In this document: one piece after another, positions 1 through 14,100 of the stretch | Layout of the letters: each line of letters begins with the position of its first letter | Numbering within the stretch: position 1 is the first letter of the stretch | Program-made: the position numbers and the translations under genes | Notes under the pieces: model-generated | Told to the model about the DNA's origin: nothing | The model's input: only the letters and a program-made list of their open reading frames with translations | Database searches by the model: none | Origin: Eledone cirrhosa | Lineage: Eukaryota | Assembly (NCBI GenBank): GCA_964016885.1 | Contig: OZ024741.1 | Coordinates: 49,042,001 to 49,106,000, forward strand | DNA length: 64,000 nt | Reading direction: 5' to 3'

Positions 1-19
1 TATTACTGTGATAATGTGG

Positions 20-58
20 AGTTACTATACCAGTAGAAACTAGTCTATACTAGATCTA
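20..58. other. Dyad-symmetry cluster present in each monomer (coordinates are for monomer 1): AGTTACTA-N6-TAGTAACT (20-41), ACTAGT (39-44), CTAGT-N4-ACTAG (40-53), TAGATCTA (51-58, across the junction)
   Basis: Reverse-complement matching within the consensus. Contains SpeI (ACTAGT) and BglII (AGATCT) recognition sequences once per consensus monomer. Monomer 1 itself carries the common T37A variant, which mismatches the 8-bp stem. Confidence 0.9.
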
Positions 59-3000
59 TTACGGTGATAATGGAGAGTTACTATACCAGTAGAAACTAGT
101 CTATACTAGATCTATTGCTGTGATAATGTGGAGTTACTATACCAGTAGAAACTAGTTTATACAAGATCTATTACTGTGATAATGTGGAGTTACTATACCA
201 GTAGAAACTAGTCTATACTAGATCTATTATTGTGATAATGTGGAGTTACTATACCAGTAGAAACTAGTTTATACTAGATCTATGACTGTGATAATGTGGA
301 GTTACTATACCAGTAGTAACTAGTCTAAACTAGATCTATTACTGTGATAATGTCAAGTTAATATACCAGTAGAAACTAGTCTATACTGGATCTATTACTG
401 TGTTAATGTGGCATTACTATACTAGTAGTAACTAGTCTATACTAGATCTATTACTGTGATAATGTGGAGTTACTGTACCAGTAGTAACTAGTCTATACTA
501 GATCTACAACTGGGATAATGTGGAGTTACTATACCAGTAGTAACTAGTCTATACTAGATCTATTACTGTGATAATGGGGTGTTACTATACCAGTAGTAAC
601 TAGTCTATACTAGATCTATTTCTGTGATAATGAAGAGTTACTATACCAGTAGTAACTAGTCTTAACTAGACCTATTACTGTGATAATGTGGAGTTACTAT
701 ACCAGTAGTAACTAGTCTATACTAGATCTATTACTGTGATAATGAAGAGTTACTATACCAGTAGTAACTAGTCCATACTAGATATATAACTGTGACAATA
801 TGGAGTTACACTACCAGTAGTAACTAGTCTATACTAGATCTATTTCTGTGATAAAGAGGAGTTACTATACCAGTAGTAACTAGTCTATACTAGATCTGTT
901 ACTGTGAAAAGGAGGAGTTACTATACCAGTAGTAACTAGTCTATACTAGATCTACTTCTGTGATAATGTGGAGTTACTATACCAGTAGTAACTAGTCTAA
1001 ACTAGATCTATTACTGTGATAATGTGGGGTTACTATACCAGTAGAAACTAGTCTATACTAGATCTACTTCTGTGATAATGTGGAGTTACACTACCAGTAG
1101 TAACTAGTCTATACTAGATCTATTACTGTGATAATGGGGAGTTACACTACCAGTAGTAACTAGGCTATACTAGATCTATTACTGTGTTAATGGGGAGTTA
1201 CTATACCAGTAGAAACTAGTCTATACTAGATCTATTACTGTGATAATGTGGAGTTACTATACCAGTAGAAACTAGTTTATACTAGATCTATTACTGTGAT
1301 AATGTGGAGTTACACTACCAGTAGTAACTAGTCTGTACTAGATCTATTACTGTGATAATGGGGAGTTACACTACCAGTAGAAACTAGTCTATACTAGATC
1401 TATTACTGTGATAATGTGGAGTTACTATACCAGTAGAAACTAGTTTATACTACATCTATTACTGTGATAATGTGGAGTTACACTACCAGTAATAACAAGT
1501 CTATACTAGATCTATTACTGTGATAATGGGGTGTTACTATACCAGTAGTAACTAGTCTATACTAGATCTATTACTGTGATAATGTGGAGTTACTATACCA
1601 GTAGTAACTAGTTTATACTAGATCTATTACTGTGATAATGTGGAGTTACTATACCAGTAGAAACTAGTCTATACTAGATCTATTACTGTGATAATGGGGA
1701 GTTACTATACCAGTAGTAACTAGTCTAAACTAGATCTATTACTGTGATAATGTCGAGTTACTGTACCAGTAGTAACTAGTCTATACTAGATCTATTACTG
1801 TGATAATGTGGAGTTACTATACCAGTAGAAACTAGTCTATACTAGATCTATTACTGTGATAATGGGGAGTTACTATACCAGTAGAAACTAGTCTATACTA
1901 GATCTATTGCTGTGATAATGTGGAGTTACTATACCAGTAGAAACTAGTTTATACTAGATCTATTACTGTGATAATGTGGAGTTACTATACCAGTAGAAAC
2001 TAGTCTATACTAGATCTATTACTGTGATAATGAAGAGTTACTATACCAGTAGTAACTAGTCTATACTAGATCTATTACTGTGATAATGTGGAGCTACTGT
2101 ACCAGTAGTAACTAGTCTATAATAGATCTATTACTGTGATAATGTGGATTTACTATACCAGTAGTAACTAGTCTAAACTAGATCTATTACTGTGATAATG
2201 TCGAGTTACTATACCAGTAGAAACTAGTCTATACTGGATCTATTACTGTGTTAATGTGGCGTTACTATACTAGTAGTAACTAGTCTATACTAGATCTACT
2301 ACAGTGATAATATGGAGTTACTGTACCAGTAGTAACTAGTCTATACTAGATCTATTACTGTGATAATGTGGAATTACTATACCAGTAGTAACTAGACTAT
2401 AGTAGATCTATTACTGTGATAATGAAGAGTTACACTACCATTAGTTACTAGTCTATACTAGATCTATTACTGTGATAATTTGGAGTTACTATACCAGTAG
2501 AAACTAGTCTATACTAGATCTATTACTGTGATAATGGGGAGTTACTATACCAGTAGTAACTAGGCTATACTAGATCTATTACTGTGATAATGAGGAGTTA
2601 CACTACCAGTAGTAACTAGTCTATACTAGATCTATTACTGTGATAACGTGGAGTTACTATACAAGTAGTAACTAGTCTATACTAGATCTATTACTGTGAT
2701 AATGTGGAGTTACTATACCAGTAGTAACTAGTCTATACTAGATCTATTACTGTGATAATGGGGTGTTACTATACCAGTAGTAACTTGTCTATACTAGGTT
2801 TATTTCTGTGATAATGAAGAGTTACTATACCAGTAGTAACTAGTCTAAACTAGATCTATTACTGTGACAATGTGGAGTTACTATACCAGTAGTAACTAGT
2901 CTATACTAGATCTATTACTGTGTTAATATTGAGTTACACTACCAGTAGTAACTAGTCTATACTAGATCTATTTCTGTGAAAATGAGGAGTTACTATACCA

Positions 3001-6000
3001 GTAGTAACTAGTGTATACTAGATCTATTACTGTGATAATGTGGAGTTACTATACCAGTAGTAACTAGTCTATACTAGATCTATTACTGTGATAATGAGGA
3101 GTAACTATACCAGTAGTAACTAGTCTATACTAGATCTATTACTGTGTAATGTGGAGTTACTGTACCAGTAGTAACTAGTCTATATTAGATCTACGACTGT
3201 GATAATGAGGAGTTACTATACCAGTAGTAACTAGTCTATACTAGATCTATTACTGTGATAATGAAGAGTTACTATACCAGTAGTAACTAGTCTATACTAG
3301 ATCTATTACTGTGATAATGTGGAGTTACTATACCAGTAGTAACTAGTCTATACTAGATCTATTACTGTGATAATGAAGAGTTACTATACCAGTAGTAACT
3401 AGTCTATACTAGATCTATTACTGTGATAATGTGGAGTTACTATACCAGTAGTAACTAGTCTATTCTAGATCTATTACTGTGATAATGGGGTGTTACTATA
3501 CCAGTAGTAACTAGTCTATACTGGATCTATTACTGTGATAATGGGGAGTTACTATACCAGTAGTAACTAGTCTATACTAGATCTATTACTGTGATAATGT
3601 GGAGTTACTATACCAGTAGTAACTAGTCTATACTAGATCTATTACTGTGATAATGGGGAGTTACTATACCAGTAGTAACTAGTCTATACTAGATCTATTA
3701 CTGTGAGAATGGGGTGTTACTATACCAGTAGTAACTAGTCTATACTAGATCTATTACTGTGATAATGGGGAGTTACTATACCAGTAGAAACTAGTCTATA
3801 ATAGATCTATCACTGTGATAATGGGGAGTTATTATACCAGTAGTAACTAGTCTATACTAGACCTATTACTGTGATAATATGGAGTTAGACTACCATTAGT
3901 AACTAGTCTATACTAGATCTATTACTGTGATAACGTGGAGTTACTATACCAGTAGAAACTAGTCTATACTAGATCTATTACTGTGATAATGTGGAGTTAC
4001 TATACCAGTAGAAACTAGTTTATACTAGATCTATTACTGTGATAATGTGGAGTTACTATACCAGTAGAAACTAGTCTATACTAGATCTATTACTGTGATA
4101 ATGTGGAGTTACTATACCAGTAGAAACTAGTTTACACTAGATCTATTACTGTGATAATGTGGAGTTACTATACCAGTAGTAACTAGTCTAAACTAGATCT
4201 GTTACTGTGATAATGTCGAGTTACTGTACCAGTAGAAACTAGTCTATACTGGATCTATTACTGTGTTAATGTGGCGTTACTATACTAGTAGTAACTAGTC
4301 TATACTAGATCTACTACTGTGGTAATGTGGAGTTACTGTACCAGTAGTAACTAGTCTATACTAGATCTATTACTGTGATAATGTGGATTTACTATACCAG
4401 TAGTAACTAGTCTATAGTAGATCTATTACTGTGATAATGAAGAGTTACACTACCATTAGTTACTAGTCTATACTAGATCTATTATTGTGATAATTTGGAG
4501 TTACTATACCAGTAGAAACTAGTCTATACTAGATCTATTACTGTGATATTGGGGAGTTGCTATACCAGTAGTAACTAGGCTATACTAGATCTATTACTGT
4601 GATAATGTGGAATTACTATACCAGTAGTAACTAGTCTATACTAGATCTATTACTGTGATAATGTGGAGTTACTGTACCAGTAGTAACTAGTCTATACTAG
4701 ATCTACAACTGGGATAATGTGGAGTTACTATACCAGTAGTAACTAGTCTATACTAGATCTATTACTGTGATAATGGGGTGTTACTATACCAGTAGTAACT
4801 AGTCTATACTAGGTCTATTTCTGTGATAATGAAGAGTTACTATACCAGTAGTAACTAGTTTATACTAGATCTATTACTGTGATAATGTGGAGTTACTATA
4901 CCCGTAGTAACTAGTCTATACTAGATCTATTACTGTGATAATGAAGAGTTACTATACCCGTAGTAACTAGTCTATACTAGATCTATTACTGTGATAATGT
5001 GGAGCTACTGTACCAGTAGTAACTAGTCTATACTAGATCTATTACTGTGATAATGTGGAGTTACTATACCAGTAGAAACTAGTCTATACTAGATCTACTT
5101 CTGTGATACTATGGAGTTACTGTACCAGTAGTAACTAGTCTATACTAGATCTACAACTGGGATAATGTGGAGTTACTATACCAGTAGTAACTAGTCTATA
5201 TTAGATCTATTACTGTGATAATGGGGTGTTATTATACCAGTAGTAACTAGTCTATACTAGATCTATTTCTGTGATAATGAAGAGTTACTATACCAGTAGT
5301 AACTAGTCTATACTAGATCTATTACTGTGATAATGTGGAGTTACTATACCAGTAGAAACTAGTCTATACTACATCTACTTCTGTGATACTGTGGAGTTAC
5401 TGTACCAGTAGTAACTAGACTATACTAGATCTACAACTGGGATAATGTGGAGTTACTATACCAGTAGTAACTAGTCTATTCTAGATCTATTACTGTGATA
5501 ATGGGGAGTTACTATACCAGTAGAAACTAGTCTATAATAGATCTATTACTGTGATAATGTGGAGTTACACTACCAGTAGTAACTAGTCTAAACTAGATCT
5601 ATTACTGTGATAATGTGGAGTTACTATACCAGTAGTAACTAGTCTATACTAGATCTATTACTGTGATAATATGGAGTTACACTACCAGTAGTAACTAGTC
5701 TATACTAGATCTATTTCTGTGATAATGAGGAGTTACTATACCAGTAGTAACTAGTCTATACTAGATCTATTACTGTGAGAATGTGGAGTTACTATACCAG
5801 TAGTAACTAGTCTATACTAGATCTATTACTGTGATAATGAAAAGTAACTATACCAGTAGTAACTAGTCTATACTAGATCTATTACTGTGATAATGTGGAG
5901 TTACTATACCAGTAGTAACTAGTCTATACTAGATCTACTTCTGTGCTAATGTGGAGTTACTATACCAGTAGAAACTAGTCTATACTAGATCTATTACTGT

Positions 6001-6663
6001 GATAATGTGGAGTTACTATACCAGTAGAAACTAGTTTATACTAGATCTATTACTGTGATAATGTGGAGTTACACTACCAGTAGTAACTAGTCTATACTAG
6101 ATCTATTACTGTGATAATGTGGAGTTACTATACCAGTAGTAACTAGTCTATACTAGATCTATTACTGTGATAATGGGGAGTTACTATACCAGTAGTAACT
6201 AGTCTATAATAGATCTATTACTGTGATAATGGAGTGTTACTATACCAGTAGTAACTAGTCTATACTAGATCTATTACTGTGATAATGGGGAGTTACTCTA
6301 CCAGTAGAAACTAGTCTATACTAGATCTATTACTGTGATAATGTGGAGTTACTATACCAGTAGAAACTAGTTTATACTAGATCTATTACTGTGATAATGT
6401 GGAGTTACTATACCAGTAGAAACTAGTCTATACTAGATCTATTACTGTGATAATGTGGATTTACTATACCAGTAGAAACTAGTTTATACTAGATCTATTA
6501 CTGTGATAATGTGGAGTTACTATACCAGTAGAAACTAGTCTATACTAGATCTATTACTGTGATAATGTGGAGTTACTATACCAGTAGAAACTAGTTTATA
6601 CTAGATCTATTACTGTGATAACGTGGAGTTACTATACCAGTAGTAACTAGTCTAAACTAGATC

Positions 6664-9600
6664 TATTACTGTGATAATGTTGAGTTACTATACCAGTAGA
6701 AACTAGTCTATACTGGATCTATTACTGTGTTAATGTGGCGTTACTATACTAGTAGTAACAAGTCTATACTAGATCTACTACTGTGATAATGTGGAGTTAC
6801 TGTACCAGTAGTAACTAGTCTATACTAGATCTATTACTGTGATAATGTGGAATTACTATACCAGTAGTAACTAGTCTATAGTAGATCTATTACTGTGATA
6901 ATGAAGAGTTACACTACCATTAGTTACTAGTCTATACTAGATCTATTACTGTGATAATTTGGAGTTACTATACCAGTAGAAACTAGTCTATACTAGATCT
7001 ATTACTGTGATAATGGGGAGTTACTATACCAGTAGTAACTAGGCTATACTAGATCTATTACTGTGATAATGAGGAGTTACACTACCAGTAGTAACTAGTC
7101 TATACTAGATCTATTACTGTGATAATGTGGAGTTACTATACAAGTAGTAACTAGTCTATACTAGATCTATTACTGTGATAATGTGGAGTTACTATACCAG
7201 TAGTAACTAGTCTATACTAGATCTATTACTGTGATAATGGGGTGTTACTATACCAGTAGTAACTTGTCTATACTAGGTCTATTTCTGTGATAATGAAGAG
7301 TTACTATACCAGTAGTAACTAGTCTAAACTAGATCTATTACTGTGACAATGTGGAGTTACTATACCAGTAGTAACTAGTCTATACTAGATCTATTACTGT
7401 GTTAATATTGAGTTACACTACCAGTAGTAACTAGTCTATACTAGATCTATTTCTGTGATAATGAGGAGTTACTATACCAGTAGTAACTAGTCTATACTAG
7501 ATCTATTACTGTGATAATGTGGAGTTACTGTACCAGTAGTAACTAGTCTATATTAGATCTACGACTGTGATAATGAGGAGTTACTATACCAGTAGTAACT
7601 AGTCTATACTAGATCTATTACTGTGATAATGAAGAGTTACTATACCAGTAGTAACTAGTCTATACTAGATCTATTACTGTGATAATGTGGTGTTACTATA
7701 CCAGTAGTAACTAGTCTATACTAGATCTATTACTGTGATAATGAAGAGTTACTATACCAGTAGTAACTAGTCTATACTAGATCTATTACTGTGATAATGT
7801 GGAGTTACTATACCAGTAGTAACTAGTCTATACTAGATCTATTACTGTGATAATGTGGAGTTACTGAACCAATAGTAACTAGTCTATACTAGATCTATTA
7901 CTGTGATAATGGGGAGTTACTATACCAGTAGTAACTAGTCTATACTAGATCTATTACTGTGATAATGTGGAGTTACTATACCAGTAGTAACTAGTCTATA
8001 CTAGATCTATTACTTTGATAATGGGGAGTTACTATACCAGTAGTAACTAGTCTATACTAGATCTATTACTGTGAGAATGGGGTGTTACTATACCAGTAGT
8101 AACTAGTCTATACTAGATCTATTACTGTGATAATGTGGAGTTACTATACCAGTGGAAACTAGTTTATACTACATCTATTACTGTGATAATGTGGAGTTAC
8201 ACTACCAGTAATAACAAGTCTATACTAGATCTATTACTGTGATAATGTTGAGTTACTATACCAGTAGAAACTAGTCTATACTGGATCTATTACTGTGTTA
8301 ATGTGGCGTTACTATACTAGTAGTAACAAGTCTATACTAGATCTACTACTGTGATAATGTGGAGTTACTGTACCAGTAGTAACTAGTCTATACTAGATCT
8401 ATTACTGTGATAATGTGGAATTACTATACCAGTAGTAACTAGTCTATAGTAGATCTATTACTGTGATAATGAAGAGTTACACTACCATTAGTTACTAGTC
8501 TATACTAGATCTATTACTGTGATAATTTGGAGTTACTATACCAGTAGAAACTAGTCTATACTAGATCTATTACTGTGATAATGGGGAGTTACTATACCAG
8601 TAGTAACTAGGCTATACTAGATCTATTACTGTGATAATGAGGAGTTACACTACCAGTAGTAACTAGTCTATACTAGATCTATTACTGTGATAATGTGGAG
8701 TTACTATACAAGTAGTAACTAGTCTATACTAGATCTATTACTGTGATAATGTGGAGTTACTATACCAGTAGTAACTAGTCTATACTAGATCTATTACTGT
8801 GATAATGGGGTGTTACTATACCAGTAGTAACTTGTCTATACTAGGTCTATTTCTGTGATAATGAAGAGTTACTATACCAGTAGTAACTAGTCTAAACTAG
8901 ATCTATTACTGTGACAATGTGGAGTTACTATACCAGTAGTAACTAGTCTATACTAGATCTATTACTGTGTTAATATTGAGTTACACTACCAGTAGTAACT
9001 AGTCTATACTAGATCTATTTCTGTGATAATGAGGAGTTACTATACCAGTAGTAACTAGTCTATACTAGATCTATTACTGTGATAATGTGGAGTTACTATA
9101 CCAGTAGTAACTAGTCTATACTAGATCTATTACTGTGATAATGAGGAGTAACTATACCAGTAGTAACTAGTCTATACTAGATCTATTACTGTGTAATGTG
9201 GAGTTACTGTACCAGTAGTAACTAGTCTATATTAGATCTACGACTGTGATAATGAGGAGTTACTATACCAGTAGTAACTAGTCTATACTAGATCTATTAC
9301 TGTGATAATGAAGAGTTACTATACCAGTAGTAACTAGTCTATACTAGATCTATTACTGTGATAATGTGGTGTTACTATACCAGTAGTAACTAGTCTATAC
9401 TAGATCTATTACTGTGATAATGAAGAGTTACTATACCAGTAGTAACTAGTCTATACTAGATCTATTACTGTGATAATGTGGAGTTACTATACCAGTAGTA
9501 ACTAGTCTATACTAGATCTATTACTGTGATAATGTGGAGTTACTGAACCAATAGTAACTAGTCTATACTAGATCTATTACTGTGATAATGGGGAGTTACT

Positions 9601-9910
9601 ATACCAGTAGTAACTAGTCTATACTAGATCTATTACTGTGATAATGTGGAGTTACTATACCAGTAGTAACTAGTCTATACTAGATCTATTACTTTGATAA
9701 TGGGGAGTTACTATACCAGTAGTAACTAGTCTATACTAGATCTATTACTGTGAGAATGGGGTGTTACTATACCAGTAGTAACTAGTCTATACTAGATCTA
9801 TTACTGTGATAATGTGGAGTTACTATACCAGTAGAAACTAGTTTATACTACATCTATTACTGTGATAATGTGGAGTTACACTACCAGTAATAACAAGTCT
9901 ATACTAGATC
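6664..9910. repeat. Tandem block pair: 28 monomers (6664-8231) followed by 30 monomers (8232-9910)
   Basis: Both blocks start with the rare GTTGAG monomer (6664, 8232; offset 1568) and end with the AATAACAAG monomer (8176, 9855; offset 1679). The first copy lacks two monomers' worth of sequence, including the 1-bp deletion. Confidence 0.8.
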
Positions 9911-11101
9911 TATTACTGTGATAATGGGGAGTTACTATACCAGTAGTAACTAGTCTATAATAGATCTATTACTGTGATAATGGGGTGTTACTATACCAGT
10001 AGTAACTAGTCTATACTAGATCTATTACTGTGATAATGTGGAGTTACTATACCAGTAGTAACTAGTTTATACTAGATCTATTACTGTGATAATGTGGAGT
10101 TACTATACCAGTAGAAACTAGTCTATACTAGATCTATTACTGTGATAATGGGGAGTTACTATACCAGTAGTAACTAGTCTAAACTAGATCTATTACTGTG
10201 ATAATGTCGAGTTACTGTACCAGTAGTAACTAGTCTATACTAGATCTATTACTGTGATAATGTGGAGTTACTATACCAGTAGAAACTAGTCTATACTAGA
10301 TCTATTACTGTGATAATGGGGAGTTACTATACCAGTAGAAACTAGTCTATACTAGATCTATTGCTGTGATAATGTGGAGTTACTATACCAGTAGAAACTA
10401 GTTTATACTAGATCTATTACTGTGATAATGTGGAGTTACTATACCAGTAGAAACTAGTCTATACTAGATCTATTACTGTGATAATGAAGAGTTACTATAC
10501 CAGTAGTAACTAGTCTATACTAGATCTATTACTGTGATAATGTGGAGCTACTGTACCAGTAGTAACTAGTCTATAATAGATCTATTACTGTGATAATGTG
10601 GATTTACTATACCAGTAGTAACTAGTCTAAACTAGATCTATTACTGTGATAATGTCGAGTTACTATACCAGTAGAAACTAGTCTATACTGGATCTATTAC
10701 TGTGTTAATGTGGCGTTACTATACTAGTAGTAACTAGTCTATACTAGATCTACTACAGTGATAATATGGAGTTACTGTACCAGTAGTAACTAGTCTATAC
10801 TAGATCTATTACTGTGATAATGTGGAATTACTATACCAGTAGTAACTAGACTATAGTAGATCTATTACTGTGATAATGAAGAGTTACACTACCATTAGTT
10901 ACTAGTCTATACTAGATCTATTACTGTGATAATTTGGAGTTACTATACCAGTAGAAACTAGTCTATACTAGATCTATTACTGTGATAATGGGGAGTTACT
11001 ATACCAGTAGTAACTAGGCTATACTAGATCTATTACTGTGATAATGAGGAGTTACACTACCAGTAGTAACTAGTCTATACTAGATCTATTACTGTGATAA
11101 C

Positions 11102-14100
11102 GTGGAGTTACTATACAAGTAGTAACTAGTCTATACTAGATCTATTACTGTGATAATGTGGAGTTACTATACCAGTAGTAACTAGTCTATACTAGATCTA
11201 TTACTGTGATAATGGGGTGTTACTATACCAGTAGTAACTTGTCTATACTAGGTCTATTTCTGTGATAATGAAGAGTTACTATACCAGTAGTAACTAGTCT
11301 AAACTAGATCTATTACTGTGACAATGTGGAGTTACTATACCAGTAGTAACTAGTCTATACTAGATCTATTACTGTGTTAATATTGAGTTACACTACCAGT
11401 AGTAACTAGTCTATACTAGATCTATTACTGTGATAATGTGGAGTTACTATACCAGTAGTAACTAGTCTATACTAGATCTATTACTGTGATAATGAGGAGT
11501 AACTATACCAGTAGTAACTAGTCTATACTAGATCTATTACTGTGTAATGTGGAGTTACTGTACCAGTAGTAACTAGTCTATATTAGATCTACGACTGTGA
11601 TAATGAGGAGTTACTATACCAGTAGTAACTAGTCTATACTAGATCTATTACTGTGATAATGAAGAGTTACTATACCAGTAGTAACTAGTCTATACTAGAT
11701 CTATTACTGTGATAATGTGGAGTTACTATACCAGTAGTAACTAGTCTATACTAGATCTATTACTGTGATAATGAAGAGTTACTATACCAGTAGTAACTAG
11801 TCTATACTAGATCTATTACTGTGATAATGTGGAATTACTGAACCAATAGTAACTAGTCTATACTAGATCTATTACTGTGATAATGTGGAGTTACTATACC
11901 AGTAGTAACTAGTCTATTCTAGATCTATTACTGTGATAATGGGGTGTTACTATACCAGTAGTAACTAGTCTATACTGGATCTATTACTGTGATAATGGGG
12001 AGTTACTATACCAGTAGTAACTAGTCTATACTAGATCTATTACTGTGATAATGTGGAGTTACTATACCAGTAGTAACTAGTCTATACTAGATCTATTACT
12101 TTGATAATGGGGAGTTACTATACCAGTAGTAACTAGTCTATACTAGATCTATTACTGTGAGAATGGGGTGTTACTATACCAGTAGTAACTAGTCTATACT
12201 AGATCTATTACTGTGATAATGGGGAGTTACTATACCAGTAGAAACTAGTCTATAATAGATCTATCACTGTGATAATGGGGAGTTATTATACCAGTAGTAA
12301 CTAGTCTATACTAGACCTATTACTGTGATAATATGGAGTTAGACTACCATTAGTAACTAGTCTATACTAGATCTATTACTGTGATAACGTGGAGTTACTA
12401 TACCAGTAGAAACTAGTCTATACTAGATCTATTACTGTGATAATGTGGAGTTACTATACCAGTAGAAACTAGTTTATACTAGATCTATTACTGTGATAAT
12501 GTGGAGTTACTATACCAGTAGAAACTAGTCTATACTAGATCTATTACTGTGATAATGTGGAGTTACTATACCAGTAGAAACTAGTTTACACTAGATCTAT
12601 TACTGTGATAATGTGGAGTTACTATACCAGTAGTAACTAGTCTAAACTAGATCTGTTACTGTGATAATGTCGAGTTACTGTACCAGTAGAAACTAGTCTA
12701 TACTGGATCTATTACTGTGTTAATGTGGCGTTACTATACTAGTAGTAACTAGTCTATACTAGATCTACTACTGTGGTAATGTGGAGTTACTGTACCAGTA
12801 GTAACTAGTCTATACTAGATCTATTACTGTGATAATGTGGATTTACTATACCAGTAGTAACTAGTCTATAGTAGATCTATTACTGTGATAATGAAGAGTT
12901 ACACTACCATTAGTTACTAGTCTATACTAGATCTATTATTGTGATAATTTGGAGTTACTATACCAGTAGAAACTAGTCTATACTAGATCTATTACTGTGA
13001 TATTGGGGAGTTGCTATACCAGTAGTAACTAGGCTATACTAGATCTATTACTGTGATAATGTGGAGTTACTATACCAGTAGTAACTAGTCTATACTAGAT
13101 CTATTACTGTGATAATGTGGAGTTACTGTACCAGTAGTAACTAGTCTATACTAGATCTACAACTGGGATAATGTGGAGTTACTATACCAGTAGTAACTAG
13201 TCTATACTAGATCTATTACTGTGATAATGGGGTGTTACTATACCAGTAGTAACTAGTCTATACTAGGTCTATTTCTGTGATAATGAAGAGTTACTATACC
13301 AGTAGTAACTAGTTTATACTAGATCTATTACTGTGATAATGTGGAGTTACTATACCCGTAGTAACTAGTCTATACTAGATCTATTACTGTGATAATGAAG
13401 AGTTACTATACCCGTAGTAACTAGTCTATACTAGATCTATTACTGTGATAATGTGGAGTTACTATACCAGTAGAAACTAGTCTATACTAGATCTACTTCT
13501 GTGATACTATGGAGTTACTGTACCAGTAGTAACTAGTCTATACTAGATCTACAACTGGGATAATGTGGAGTTACTATACCAGTAGTAACTAGTCTATATT
13601 AGATCTATTACTGTGATAATGGGGTGTTATTATACCAGTAGTAACTAGTCTATACTAGATCTATTTCTGTGATAATGAAGAGTTACTATACCAGTAGTAA
13701 CTAGTCTATACTAGATCTATTACTGTGATAATGTGGAGTTACTATACCAGTAGAAACTAGTCTATACTACATCTACTTCTGTGATACTGTGGAGTTACTG
13801 TACCAGTAGTAACTAGACTATACTAGATCTACAACTGGGATAATGTGGAGCTACTATACCAGTAGTAACTAGTCTATTCTAGATCTATTACTGTGATAAT
13901 GGGGAGTTACTATACCAGTAGAAACTAGTCTATAATAGATCTATTACTGTGATAATGTGGAGTTACACTACCAGTAGTAACTAGTCTAAACTAGATCTAT
14001 TACTGTGATAATGTGGAGTTACTATACCAGTAGTAACTAGTCTATACTAGATCTATTACTGTGATAATATGGAGTTACACTACCAGTAGTAACTAGTCTA

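Noticed and set aside
1-56. Sigma70 -10-like GATAAT/TATACT hexamers and a Dam GATC site in each monomer
   Set aside because: These are expected by chance in AT-rich sequence. There is no -35 element, no downstream gene and no evidence of bacterial origin.
39-57. Synthetic concatemer or rolling-circle amplification artefact (SpeI and BglII sites in every unit)
   Set aside because: Hierarchical, inherited variant patterns at several nested periods indicate long natural evolution rather than copying of one template. Individual near-identical duplications could still be assembly errors.
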